Below are positions 1 through 12,580 of a stretch of DNA of 64,000 nt, piece by piece; position 1 is the first letter of the stretch, and every line of letters begins with the position of its first letter. The notes below the pieces were generated by a model, which saw only the letters and a program-made list of their open reading frames with translations, was not told the origin of the DNA and did no database searches. The stretch is from contig NW_018405607.1 of assembly GCF_002113885.1 (NCBI RefSeq), positions 117,329 to 181,328 of the forward strand, written 5' to 3'. The DNA is from Mizuhopecten yessoensis. Its lineage: Eukaryota. The position numbers and the translations under genes are program-made.

Positions 1-197
1 ACCACTTGTGTTTACTGCCTAGTCAGGTGACGTTATCGGCGCTATTTTTAGCAGGGCTTTCCCGAACAATTCAAGTGGTCAAACTGGACATTTGGAACGG
101 ACTATGAATATGGGGATAGCGTGGTAACATAAGTGGAAGTGCATACAATACATACATTCATTAAAAAAAAACGCCTTTTCACGTGATGTCCCTTTAA
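1..197. mobile_element. Right end of a Kolobok-like non-autonomous element
   Basis: Ends in cacgtgatgtccct-TTAA, a CT-TTAA terminus. The other end lies outside the window. Confidence 0.3.
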
Positions 198-1156
198 AAA
201 TAAACATACGTCAACAAAGTAACCATAGAACCATTCTCAATTCACCATTGATCTTTGTAAAATATTTACTGCACGTTTTTTGTAAAACCATCTTCCAATA
301 GCCATGGTTGATTGATTTTTGCTCACTCTGTTCATATAATTAATGAATGCATGCATATAGAAATTATTTGTGGGTATCTGAAGATGCTAAATAATATAAA
401 TGATTGTCTAAGTTCATATGGAACACATTAATATATTTTTGTCTATACAAAACATAACAATTGCAAAACTGCACATGGGTATACATTAAAAAATGACCCA
501 AATTGAAAATGGAATGTATAATTTTTAATGTATGATTAAAGAATATTTCTATAATTTTTCTGTATTTTTTTTATCAACCAAAAAGCCAAAAATGAAATGT
601 GTTGAAAGAAGTGCAAATAAAAACATGAACACTTTTATTGTTTCTCATTTTCTCTTTCCTTTTTGGTGTGGTTGTGGATGGAGGGGGCATATGGGTGAAT
701 AACCCTAAAACATATTTTTTTAACCAAAATATCTTTTTGGTACAAAAACATAAATCAATTGATATGTAATTGAATGAACAACTCCAGAATTTTCTCCTCA
801 ATAAAGAATCTAAGACAAATAATGATACCTGCAAAAGCTGAATGAGTAAATATTCCTTGTTTTTTTCCATAAAAAGTGGGAAGTCTCTTGTTATTTTTCT
901 CAAAATTTTCCTTTGTGATAATCAAATTATTGACATGTATTTCACCTCCTGGGTTTAATCCTTTTCCATTAGTTTTATTCTTAATTTTCATTCGTTGAAA
1001 ATGTCAACATGACAACCTATATAAAATCCATTTTCAAAGCTTATTGATGTGTTTCTGTTTAATGCTGTAAAGAATTATAGGCAAGATTGTGGAGTTCTGA
1101 GTATCTATTCATCGTAATAATGTGAGCAAATGAGAATCTTACTTCATAAATATGCA

Positions 1157-1227
1157 TGAATTATCTAAAATCTACAATTTAAAATACATGTTGAATTATC
1201 TAAAATCTACAATTTAAAATACATGTT
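1157..1227. repeat. 35-bp tandem duplication
   Basis: tgaattatctaaaatctacaatttaaaatacatgt x2. Confidence 0.9.
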
Positions 1228-1504
1228 ATCATATTTAAAACATTATATCTTATATATGATAAAAATATATACAAGTTATTTTAGAAATACATCTGTAAAT
1301 GAGAATCCATAGTTGAAATTAAGTACAGGTTGCTTCCCCTTAATCAAAGTTTTACTTACAATTAATTAAGTAGGTCCTCATTAATTAATTTATTACATAT
1401 TAGTGATTTTTGGGGCTTCAGTAAAAACAATTTGGTAAATTTGAGACTACTTTTTCAATGAACAGATCACAATAATTTGATTGTGATGTCATCATCAAAT
1501 ATTA

Positions 1505-1801
1505 AACTGATAAACATTTGAAAGTACACACAAATAATGACACATCTGAAAAGTACAAAAGAACTGATGGCACATTTGAAAGGTATGCGAGAACTGATGA
1601 TATGTTTGAAGGCCAAATAAAAATTACTAACACATTTTAAAGGTTCACGGGAACTAATGACACATTTAAAAGGTACACAGTAAGTGATGACACATTTGAA
1701 ATGTACATTGTACAAAGGAATTGATGACACATTTGAAATGTACACAGGAATTGATGACACATTTGAAATGTACACAGAAATTGATGACATATTTGAAATG
1801 T
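1505..1801. repeat. 30-bp minisatellite, about 10 copies
   Basis: Consensus gaattgatgacacatttgaaatgtacacag, most homogeneous at the right end. Confidence 0.9.
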
Positions 1802-3347
1802 AGCATACAACTTTAATATAGCGTGTAATATACCTTTCACTGGAAATCACTGTTAACTGTAACAACAGCAATGAAAGGAGCATTTGAATGTTTCTTCTGT
1901 CAACATCGTGGAATGTTGTAATGATTATACAATTTCTGATAACAAAGTATATTTACATATGTTAAATTTTTTCTGTGATATGCTGACAGTCACATGGCAG
2001 TTTATAAGAACGGCATTGACTTAAAATGTTCGGTCTCATAGACAATATTGCTATTTATGAACTGGTTGTTTCTAAAAATAGAACTACATGTAGTGTTGCA
2101 ATCAAATATACATTCGACCTACAAAAACCAGTCATCCACCTTTTAAAATTAATTAATCAATTGCAGCTTTTAGCTTTAATCAATACAAGGGTTCATAATT
2201 AAAACTCCAATATATTATTCTGACTTCAGAATACATCCTCAGTCAATACTGGTATATTTTTCCTTGGTTTAAAAATCTATGTACATATGTATTATGATTT
2301 AGGCAAAGCTTATAACTATATAAAATATATAACTCAATTTTTTATAATTTATAATCTTTCTCTTAAAAATATATTTTCAACAACATTGATTTTAAAAACT
2401 AAGTTATTATATATAAAACATTTCCATTTATAATGGTTTTCTGAGTAACATATTAATAATCTTGAAAAAATACAAACATTGCCAACACCAATTAAAAGTT
2501 TTAAGTAAAACAATTGTATATAAAATGTAAATAAAAACATATATACTAAATCTAGATCTTAAATATTGGATGGAATGTCCTGATTAAAATAACACAATTG
2601 GAATCACCAATGCCTTATATCATGTCATATTCAAGGTAAAATAATACAAATAATTCAAATAGTCCTTAACCTCAAGACAAATATTGTCATCTAAATTATA
2701 CAAAGAACCATAACTCTTGGCATGAAACCTGATTTAAGTATGTGACACTACAGCTTCCATAGAGATTTGTATACCCATTTGCAACATTTGGCAATTGTGT
2801 AAGAGTACATGAGATATGCCCCATACCATACTATGTAGTGTGACACCTTGACTGACTACAGATGGGGGTGTAAGCCATAATTTATAGCCCGTACAAATTG
2901 GGGACTAATTAATTTAACCATATAGATAGCATTCTGTTACAATTTTCAGCAATATGATTTTGGCATGTTTTGACGTTTTAAAAAATGAAAATTTAATCAG
3001 CCTGATAGCATCCTTCATGTACTTCTTTTCTCACCAAATAAAACTGATACCTTTAATATAATGTTGAAGAATTTGTAAAAACGTTTTTAGATATAGCTGG
3101 TGGGAAGAAATGCCTTAAAAAATCTTACAAAAAATATCAAAAATATTTTTGAAACCTCTTTTCTATGATAGCATAACCTATTAAACTTCAAATCAGTGAC
3201 TTGTTTCTAGAATTTAAAAATTTGAATAAAAACAAATTTAGTTAGAAATATGATTTAGTTATCAAACTCCTACACCATATGAGTGTGTGCATTTAAGTTC
3301 ATTTTCACATCTAAATACAATAACATTTTGCTAACATCACACAATCA

Positions 3348-3710
3348 TTATAACTTTGCGTGAAGACGGACATCAGGCGAGCGTCCATTTTTGCTGAGGC
3401 GAATAGCCAGCTGTACACATTTGCAGATTTGATCGAGGACGTGGAATGGGACGGACTTGTTCACAGGCAGGTAGACAACGTGATTGATGAGGTAGCGCGC
3501 CTCATGAGGATAGCTTCTGTTCAAGGCCTCATAGGGATAGTTCTGGTTCCCGTCTTTGTGCATGTCGTCGAAGCTGCTGGCAGATGTAGCGTGTTGATTG
3601 TGAAGCTCGACACTACAGTTTTCTGGTTCGATGAGATTTAGCTGCGTAGCTCCACGGTAAGCATCTATCCCCATGGCATTCAGTATTTTAACAACTGTGT
3701 CGGGATTATC
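3348..3710 (-). CDS. DegT-like aminotransferase, last coding exon, ends ...VRLHAKL*
   Basis: ttctctccag acceptor at 3712-3711, phase 0. Encodes GIDAYR...ARYLINHVVYLPV, matching the DegT C-terminal small domain. TAA at 3350-3348. Total CDS 1359 nt = 452 aa. Confidence 0.9.
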   Translation of the reverse strand, partial: DNPDTVVKILNAMGIDAYRGATQLNLIEPENCSVELHNQHATSASSFDDMHKDGNQNYPYEALNRSYPHEARYLINHVVYLPVNKSVPFHVLDQICKCVQLAIRLSKNGRSPDVRLHAKL

Positions 3711-3982
3711 CTGGAGAGAAAGAAAGCAAGCAAATATGAAAAATAGGACTGTACAAGGTTGAGTGTATGGCTTTAATTATTATGGACCTTTGAGCGAGGG
3801 TATATTTTATCTCCCCAAAATAAGATTTGGCTTTTAAGTAATTTTAAAAGACACATGTACTTGACATGACTCTTTCGACCCTTCAAAATTCGGGGAAATG
3901 GGATTCGACTTCTGAAATTGATATATGTCAAGAGTTAACAGAAATCCTTGTTAAATATAATTTAAGGGTCGTGTTTATAGAA

Positions 3983-4330
3983 GGCTTGGTAGTCTAGTGG
4001 TAGGACGCCGGGCTCTTGACCGAAGGTTTGCGGGTTTGAGTCATGTCACATTATTGTGTTGCATCCTTGAGCAGGATTAACTTCACTCCGATTGTACCAG
4101 TCTACTCAGCTGTAAATTAGTATGTTGTTGGGCAGTGCTAGAATTGTTGAATGCTAGCTGTGAGTGCCTAAATGGCAGCACCGGCTGTATGCTCCCCAGG
4201 AAGTTGAGAAAGATGTTGGCTGGTTGCATGGCCCTATATCCACAGATAATAATTTGTGAACCGCTTTGAGACGAACTACGAACTAGGTTGTGATAAAGCG
4301 GTATATAAAAACCTTGATTTATCATTGTTA
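3983..4330 (+). mobile_element. tRNA-derived SINE with CORE-like middle and L2-like 3' tail
   Basis: A box (tagtctagtgg), B box (ggtttgagtc), tccttgagcagg segment, and tail tgtgaaccgctttgag...aaagcggtatataaaa. Confidence 0.7.
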
Positions 4331-4539
4331 TGATATAGTGTTTATATAGTTCTGCTTTTGATATCCTGTGTCTGCTATGCAACTTTGGATTTTTGTCCAT
4401 GTACAGTCTGGTAGCATTAAGGAATTCTACAAATAATAATGTACTTGAACATAAAAGTAAATTGTGTAGCAGTGTAATGTTAAAATTGACCTGCATTTAT
4501 CTTGGAGTAGCTCTTTGAATACTCTTCAAAGTTCAGGTA

Positions 4540-4845
4540 CCATTGTCTACAAGCCTTGTGATTGGTCAGAATTTACCGGTATAGCTGGAATCACTTGTCC
4601 CTTCACTCTCGTCATGAGAAAACCAGAGTCAAGAGAAGATATATGTATATCCGAGAGCATAAACCCATGGATTTCACAAATACTTTCTGGAATGAATATT
4701 CTGTATATTTGTAGCCTGAGTCATACTCCTGTTTATCAGCTAGTCTGTGTGTATATATAGACAATAATTTCTTCACGCTTTCAATTGGGAATTTGAATTG
4801 TGAATCGTATAATTTCATTGTTCAATTATATACGTTGAATTTTGT
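4540..4845 (+). mobile_element. Degenerate Crypton-like non-autonomous element
   Basis: Short IR attgtcta / tagacaat, TGATTGG after the left IR, and a degenerate terminal hairpin. Confidence 0.35.
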
Positions 4846-5029
4846 TTGCCTGTAGCAAAGGATATGGCAACTTATTGGTTTAAATATTTATTCTGTATGT
4901 CGATCACTAGATGTTTTACCAGGTTTCTGTAAGATGACCATTAAAAATTAACATGAAAATAAACATCAACATTTATATATATGTTATTGATATTAAACAT
5001 CTGAAAATAGCATTTTCATGTCAACTTAC

Positions 5030-5734
5030 CATCAATATTGGGAAAAGCCAGTAGTTATTGACTTCTGCCTGCATCCCCACCATCGTGACTTCCTCTGGTA
5101 GCCTCTCTTTCACATACTCTGCCTTTACTTGTGAGGCGTTGAAGTCTGTCTGATCAAAATTATCCAGCCTCCGTTTCATTGTGGCAAGTAGGGCGTTTGA
5201 TGGTTGTGCTCGTATTCTTTCTATCATCCGATCGGGGAAACCCCGGAGAAGTTTGATCACAACCTTTTTGTGGTCAATGCTTAAGGTTCTTGTCAATACC
5301 ATTAATGGTTTGATGATCGACGGACAATCTAGGAGAATATAGACCCCAGAATATTTCAGAATTTTTTTCAGATATTCAGAATGTTTCTGTATAGGATATT
5401 TCAAATAAGTTTCTCTCATCTGTGCATATAATTTCTGATCTTTGATTTTTGCAATAGCACCTCCAAACGCTGTTGAATATTTGATGACGCCAAAACTGAA
5501 AAGTGCAAGATCACTTCTAGGGTTTCCAGTCCTCTCAAAACCGCAAAAACACTCAGCACAATCCTCGATGACATAAATGTTTTTCCGTTGAGCGATGTCG
5601 ATAATAGCTTCAATGTCGCACCATTTGCCGTAGATGTGAGCGATGAGGATGGCAACAGTTTTGTCGGTGATCAGAGATTCGAGGAGTTCAACTTTAGGCC
5701 CAGTTGTTTCTATACTCACATCAAAGGGGACAAC
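5030..5734 (-). CDS. DegT-like aminotransferase, coding exon 3 (PLP-binding core)
   Basis: ttgaag acceptor and ATG|GTAAGT donor. 705 nt, phase 0/0. Contains motifs ITDKTVAILIAHIYG, VIEDCAE (PLP Asp) and FSFGVIK (Schiff-base Lys position). Confidence 0.93.
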
Positions 5735-5951
5735 CTTCAACAGACAAGACAAAATGTTCTTAATTGCGTTTTTATTTTCGCTTTTATTTAAGGAATACCC
5801 AAGATTATTTTGAGGTTATATTGAATATACCTAAATAAAGTTGTGTGCGTGTTGTGTTGTGAAATCTGTGAAACTGAAGTTTAAATAACAGACCAATGAT
5901 TTGTTTATGTTTTTACATTATATGATCCTTATGCATTTGGGAACTTAATTA

Positions 5952-6810
5952 AACAAGAGGCACATGGGCCTTACCGGTCACCTGATATATTTATACAGAG
6001 AGTTGATTTTGTTTTTAACATGAACAGAATTATTATTCAAAGTGACAAAAAACAATAAAACCACCTTATTCAATATCTAGCATACAGATTTAAGAATAAA
6101 AAGAATTTGAAACTAGCACCTCTGATTCTAAACAAGGAAAATGAAGAAATTTTAGCACACTGACTCCTTTGGGCCCCACCCTACAGCCCTTGGGGGTAGG
6201 GCTGGCTCAAAATGTAATATTCAAAGTATCATTTGCAATTATAAACCATAATAAATTTTGCCGCCCCCCCCCCCACCCCCACCCCCCCGGGGGTCAGTCA
6301 GGGCTGATTTGTGCATACTATCAAACTGCTACCTAATACTGATAATGCTAACCTAAGTTGAATTACTTCCAATGGAAATTAAACAAATGTTGGTCCAAAA
6401 TGTGATTTCCCTATATAAACTATAGTAAAGTTTACCCCCTCCCCAGGGGGAAACGTGAGACCCCAGGGTCAAGAAATTCACAATTTTGGTAAAGCACCTT
6501 AAGATCCTTCCATCTATGAAGAGTATTTGACTCTACCATATCTGGGTCTTGAGAAGAAGATTTTTGAAATTTTAGTCAATTTGACCCTTTTTGGCCCAGC
6601 CCCTCAGGCCCCTCGGGGCTTAGGAGTAAACCGGCAACAAATTTTATTGACCTTTGTCCATGGAAAGTTCCTGCAAAATTTCATTGAAATTGGTTCATTG
6701 GTTTTGGAAAAGAAGTCGAAAATGTAAATTGTTTACGGATGCACGACGGAGGACGGACGACGACGAACAAAAGGCGATCACTTGAGACTTTGTCTCAGGT
6801 GACCTAAAAA
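5952..6810 (+). mobile_element. Non-autonomous Helentron (HINE-type)
   Basis: 5' aacaagaggcacatgggcc...ggtcacctga, GACG microsatellite near the 3' end, and 3' hairpin tgagac-ttt-gtctca followed by ggtgacctaaaaa. Confidence 0.8.
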
Positions 6811-6986
6811 CTGGGAACTTATTCTTTAACTGAGACTATATACTATATGTATCATTTTAAAACTGGGACTATGTATGGAGAACTGTTTTTCCAGCATAAA
6901 CTATAGTTTTGATAAATCATTTCTTAAAAAAACGCAATAACTTGTAGGACTTTTATGGAAAATAATGAAATTAAACAAAATATAAT

Positions 6987-7086
6987 CAACAAACAGTGGT
7001 CAGAGTGTAAAACAAAACATGATCAACAAACAGTGGTCTGAGTGTAAAACAAAACATGTTCAACAAACAGTGGTCTGAGTGTAAAA
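6987..7086. repeat. 37-bp tandem repeat x3
   Basis: caacaaacagtggtctgagtgtaaaacaaaacatgat at 6987, 7024 and 7061. Confidence 0.9.
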
Positions 7087-7122
7087 GATCAGCAGGATTA
7101 ACTAGACTGGGATTTGAACCCT

Positions 7123-7376
7123 GGACCCATATTCATGAAACTGTTCTCATGCTTAAGTGTGGATATTGTGCTTTTGAAAGCTGAATTTCTTGTTCTCTTT
7201 CTAAATTGAAAAAAAAATCATATGTTGTCAATGATTTTAAAAACATTTAAGAGTGGCCGAAAACTGTTTACATTTGACTTTTAAATCATTTGATATGATT
7301 TAAGCAAGTTTTAAGAAAGTTGGTTTGAGCACAAAATCCGTGCTTGAGCATGAGAATGTTTTCATGAATAAGGGCC
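7123..7376. mobile_element. MITE inserted into a tRNA-like sequence
   Basis: TIRs ggacccatattcatgaaac..ttctcatgct / agcatgagaatgttttcatgaataagggcc. It separates the B box (7107-7121) from the A box (about 7405-7422) of a minus-strand tRNA-like head. Confidence 0.75.
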
Positions 7377-9083
7377 GAGGACTGTGATACTGTACCCTGA
7401 TATCTAACCGACTGAGCTATACCTAGTCAACATATAAGTGCCCAAGTCAAACTGTCCTACAGGTATATCCAACATCGTATTTAAGGGGAGGTTTACGAGA
7501 GTACATACGAAACTACCACAGTGCAGTGGGACAGGGATCCTAGAATCAATATACTGTTTATTATTGCCTGTTCTATTTTATCTATGACTAGGTTCATGTA
7601 TTTTAACATACTTAAATGTTGTCAAACCTGAATAAACAAAATGATTATGTTTAAGGCTTATTGACACTTCTTCAAGTACATACATGTACAGGTAATACAC
7701 ATGTGTATTTAATTTTGGTTGAATACCTGCCACACTTCATGTATACATATCTATATAAATCTACATTTCCTACATGTGTTGTTTTTAAATCCACTCAAAA
7801 TGTTCACCTAAGTTACCTACAATGTACCTTCCTATATACCCTTAATGTTTCGTGCAGCTGGAAACAAACTTTTTTAATACTCAGTAACTTAAATCGATAA
7901 ACAGAGAAATACAGTTTGAATGGAAAAATTATCAGACGTTATCAATCTTCTAGTTTGTTGTCATGATCAATTGATTAGTCATAATCAGACGTAAAATGAC
8001 TGGGCATTGTCAAAATAACTACCCATAGACAATTATCATGAAAAACACTGTAGATCTATGGGAATCGTTTACTTTATAGACCAAGTTGTCTAGGAAGTTA
8101 TTTCCTATGGTGTGTATGATTCAATGATGGGTAGTGAGAGAGAAAAAAAAGGAGTTCTGTAAAATTACATTTCTTCTTTTATTATTAAATATTTCTTAAC
8201 TTCACATTATAAAGCACTAAATACTAAGTAAAATTTTCATGGTCAAGGTCTTTACAAATTCCAGCAGATTTATAAGAAGACAGTATAATTGAATTGTCTA
8301 AGTACTAGTGTGTCAAGTTTTAATTCTGAGACTACTTTGCTTAATTTAATTCTAATTTTAATGGGAACATCTCTACTGGAAAGAAAACAAGTAAATAGTT
8401 GTGATCGGCATTAAACAACCAGATATCGATTCATTTAAATCAAATAATTGCAGCAACACCACCAGACAACCCAAAACTATTTGCCATATGCCAAGGCTGT
8501 GCGGGCCCTTTGGGTCTGTTGAACTGTTATAAGGAGCCGATTGCAAATCATGTTTGAAAACATTTATCAGGTACACGGTATCAACTTTTTATGCGATGTG
8601 TCTACATTGATATTGATTCAGCTATGGTTTATTGCATCAGTCAGGACAGGAAGGTTAATGTAGCGAATAATTGAACATTTTCACAACATAACTCGACTAT
8701 CAATGAAGCTGAACACTGCTCTATTGACATTTCATAATGGCCTCAGTCTATATATAGTACTCGGCAAGCATACAGCTGTACCCATTATAAATTAATACAG
8801 TTTGTGTCTGAACCAGCTAGATCGCGCCAAATAATGAATCTCAAATTTTGCCAACTTTTCACCTGTACAGTACATGCATTAGCACATCTAGGCCCAGTTA
8901 CTCTGTCCAATAACCTTACCAAAGTCAACTAAAGCAAAGTTTTACCTAAAGCTGTCTTTCAAAATTTATTATTTTTTTCCGTTGTTTGAAAGATGATTAT
9001 TGTGGTTCTATATAGTGAACATATAGTTTCCTTATATTGTCAATTGTAGCTTTCAATGAGTATAGATGCCAATTATTATAATC

Positions 9084-9830
9084 ACAGTCAAACCTGCTCA
9101 AGAGACCAATATTAAGAGACCATCTGTGTGTTGAGACTATTATTCAAATTTCTCCATTGTTGTTATATTCATTTTAAAGTGAACTTGTAGTATAATACTG
9201 CCTTCAATAAAATCCACTTTCAAAAAACTAAACTTTTGCCGTTTTTTTTTTTTGTGTAACATGAACCTGAACAACTTCTAATTATAACAGGGACTGTTCC
9301 ATAAGTTCCCAAACTTTCCGGGGCTATAGTCGTAAATGACGCATCTGTTGAAAGGATTTGTTGCTGGTGATGATGCAGGGGAAATAATTTGCACAAATAC
9401 CCATACTATTAAAATCAGAGCAAAATCCAATCTAATTAAAATTATATCTTCACATCGCTCCCGTTTACTGATATGTCGCATTGAACGTGTCGTTCAACGC
9501 GACATATCAGTAAACGGGAGCGATGTGAAGATATAATTTTAATTAGATTGAGCAAAATCGGACAAAAGAGGGGGACCATTAACAACTCCTTGGTGTACAC
9601 CGATAAATATGTGAATCAATCGTAGGCCACTGCGGCCATGTTTGATGATTGATTGGGAATAGTCTAGAAACTGTTTGGCAGATGAAAATAATGAGAAAAA
9701 GTATGAAGAAAAATAAAAATAGTAAGAAATGCAGCAAGCACAGTAAGTCCCCCAATTCATTTCAGGGACTTAATTAAGAGACCACCTGTAATAGGAGGGC
9801 ACTTTATTATGGTTGTTTTTAGCCGTACTG
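9084..9830. mobile_element. Degenerate CAGT-terminal (Tc1/mariner-type) MITE hosting younger insertions
   Basis: cagtcaaacctg start, internal aagagacca(c/t)ctg repeats on both sides of the insert, and an actg end. Confidence 0.4.
9428..9550. mobile_element. 123-bp palindromic MITE with 9-bp target-site duplication (Mutator-like)
   Basis: 60-bp arms with 1 mismatch and a 3-nt loop. agcaaaatc flanks it at 9419-9427 and 9551-9559. Confidence 0.85.
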
Positions 9831-10912
9831 TGAATATGTACTCATTAAACTGAAAAATGAACAGCTGGTCATGTACCTGAAGTAAAATTGCATTCTTTGA
9901 CATGAACATTCCACCTAAAGGTCGATGCAAGGGGTGTATCTCTGAGTGCCAACATTTTTAATTTACCTATATGGCAACTTGTTTAGATAGGGGTTATAGT
10001 CTTTTTCTTAAAAAGTGTCAGAGTTTCAACAAGTGAATCTACCTGTAAAACTTACCTATTTGAACTCAAGCACATATGTTGTTGATATAAATATATATAT
10101 ACTTTTTTTGACTTTTTAAATTTCCTAAGTTTCACATTTTTGAAAATGTTAACAAGCAGATCCATATAGTATTTGAGATAATATTAACTGAACTGATCTT
10201 TCAATAACAGATAAAAACTTAATTATAAAGCACAATTAATTAAAATTTATCAATACTCGAATTAGTATATACCTTAGTCATTTAGTGAGGAAACCAAATC
10301 TGTAGGTATTTATTACTGTAGTACCTTACAAGTGTATAAGTGATAAAATAACATTTTTTAAAGAATCAATAGGGGACCTCAATGCAATAGGTTATATTTG
10401 ACTGATTATGAACATGTTGTAAAGATGAACTATTTTCTTGTTACAGATTCCACTGCCCTGAGTGCATAACGTTAAGCTGTTTGGTCAGAATATGTTTTAT
10501 GGTCTAGGTCATGCATGCCTATATTTTTTTCGAAAGATTCATGTTTTACTGGTCTTTATTGTGGTGGGAACTTCCAACGACATATATCATATTGCCAAAT
10601 TATATATTGTCATTTCACTTCTATAATGCAACATAGACATCATAGCACCCAGCCCACACCATTTTACACTTCACTTGTGTTATAAGAGGCAGGAGGAAAA
10701 CACATTTTCTGAAAAATACATGCTTCGATGACTTTGAGAATGGGACCCATATCTTTCTGTGTGAAGAAGTGTAACCATTAAATGTTGTCTGTAAAGTTGA
10801 CACAAGGGATCCACATTTTTAACACATTTGAAAAGGGGGGAGTAGTGTGTCAGGTTTTAATTGTACATAAGATTAAGGTCGCCTTCTAGCTTCGATCTAG
10901 AGGGAATTTCTC

Positions 10913-10980
10913 TTAAGCTCTGTGGTAGAGTGTCCGACTAGGAACCTGGAGAGAGGGTTCAATCCCCAGTGCAAGCACAC
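10913..10980 (+). mobile_element. tRNA-like SINE head fragment
   Basis: A box aagctctgtggtagag and B box ggttcaatccc. Confidence 0.5.
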
Positions 10981-11427
10981 TATTCTCTTTCCTGTTACAA
11001 ATATATAAGTATTTTTTTCCTTGAGCTTGTGGTGTTTGACAATATATCGATCGCCTGTAGCAATTTTGTCGGAAACTAGCGACCAATTCTTTAAGCATCA
11101 TCTTCTTTTGGTATTGCCTTAATAACCCCCTTTTCCCATCGCAACCTCACTAAAGTCACCAACATTTGACGAATGTTGACAGCAGACTACATAAACAAAA
11201 CAGCATGCGACAAAAAGCGTATGAAAAAAGTTGTCAAGTCAAGGTTCATCTTCTCGACCAATCAAAACTACGAAAGGTCATATACCAGGTGTGGTGTATA
11301 ACTCATATCTATTCAACAGTCTGCATGTGTATACAATGATCTGAGAGTGGAATAACACAGCATATTGTGGTTGAAATATGTATAATTTACTTTGCCAAAA
11401 TTATAAAAGAACAAATAAAAAACAAAC

Positions 11428-11684
11428 CTTGAGCTTGTGGTGTTTGACAATATACACCATGTCTGGAATGTTGATAGCAGACATGATGACCTCTGAACCT
11501 GGAGGATAGTCCTTGACCTTCAGGTATAGGTCAAGGCCAGATCTGACAGAGAGGCAGGGCAACACCGAGTTCTGATTGGTTGGATTTGACCACATTGCCT
11601 GTAGCTCCTTTACTATTGGCTCCCTGTTTGCTGTACGGTTGATACATTGTGAGGCACTGAAAAGCAGGTCACGCCAGTCTGCGT
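11428..11684 (-). CDS. DegT-like aminotransferase, coding exon 2
   Basis: tttcag acceptor (11686-11685) and AAG|GTTTGT donor (11427). 257 nt. Encodes CLSVRSGLDLYL...PPGSEVIMSAINIPDM, equivalent to the SGTxAL...GDEVI region of DegT-family enzymes. Confidence 0.9.
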
Positions 11685-12209
11685 CTGAAAGATCATATTT
11701 AGAAATAAAGTCCAAATGAACTTAAGTACTGATTGTATCAGAGATAAAGTTCATAAATCTTGGACTTTTGTGGATTGCGTTTCACTTACAATTAGTAGTG
11801 TGTAAATTCTTAAGGAGTTCTGGGAAATATTTTCCATTTTTGTAACTCTAATATTAATAGTTTTCAATAGATTAACAGGTACTTTCCCATTATTATTGAT
11901 GGTGAATGTCAACTCACTGATTAAGAAGGTTCCAAACCAAAAAATTCAGCTTAACATTTTTAGAATACTTTAATTTATAGGAAATTAATTAGTTTTATCA
12001 TTTAACTTGGCATTGAGATAAAATGTGTGTATTTATAACATACAATGTATGGTTGATTAAATATGATATACCTTCCAGGGAAGATCAGTGTCATTCAATA
12101 TTATGATTGAGACATTTTAAGAATGATGAAGTCAACGATTGGGCACAATTGCTTTCATAGGGCTATTGCATGTCAATAAGTACAATTGAATCAGTGTCAT
12201 TTTTATGTT

Positions 12210-12580
12210 TAGTAAAGTTTACCCCCTCCCCAGGGTCAAGAATTTAACAATTTTGATAAAGCACATTAAGACTCTTCCATCTAAAAAGAATATTTGATTC
12301 TACCATATCTGGGTCTTGATAAGATTTTTTTTGAAATTTCAGGCAATTTGACCCTTTTTTGCCCCGCCCCTCAGGCCCCTGGGAGCCAGGGACCAAACCG
12401 GCCACTGTTTTTGTTGACCTTTAGCCATGGAAGGTTTCTGCAAAATTTCATTAAAATTGGTTCAGGGGTTTTGGAGAAGAAGTCGAAAATGTAAATTGTT
12501 TACAGACTCACGCCGGACGACGCCGGACAAAAGACGATCGCAATAGGTCACTTGAGACTTTGTCTCATGTGACCTTAAAA
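12210..12580 (+). mobile_element. 5'-truncated Helentron of the same family as 5952-6810
   Basis: Colinear with 6423-6810 from tagtaaagtttaccccctcccc to cacttgagactttgtctca. Confidence 0.85.

Noticed and set aside
1467-1883. 138-aa and 67-aa ORFs with repeats
   Set aside because: Products of the 30-bp minisatellite with no domain features.
3360-3641. Antisense ORFs over real exons (also 5588-5791, 46664-46990, 50640-50894)
   Set aside because: Shadow ORFs of coding or repeat sequence.
6527-6727. Paralogous small ORFs at 6527 and 12294, and at 13665 and 35571
   Set aside because: They are translations of repeated non-autonomous elements.
3348-11715. Bacterial contamination as the source of the DegT-like ORFs
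   Set aside because: The gene is split by GT-AG introns with matching phases, and the introns contain host TEs.
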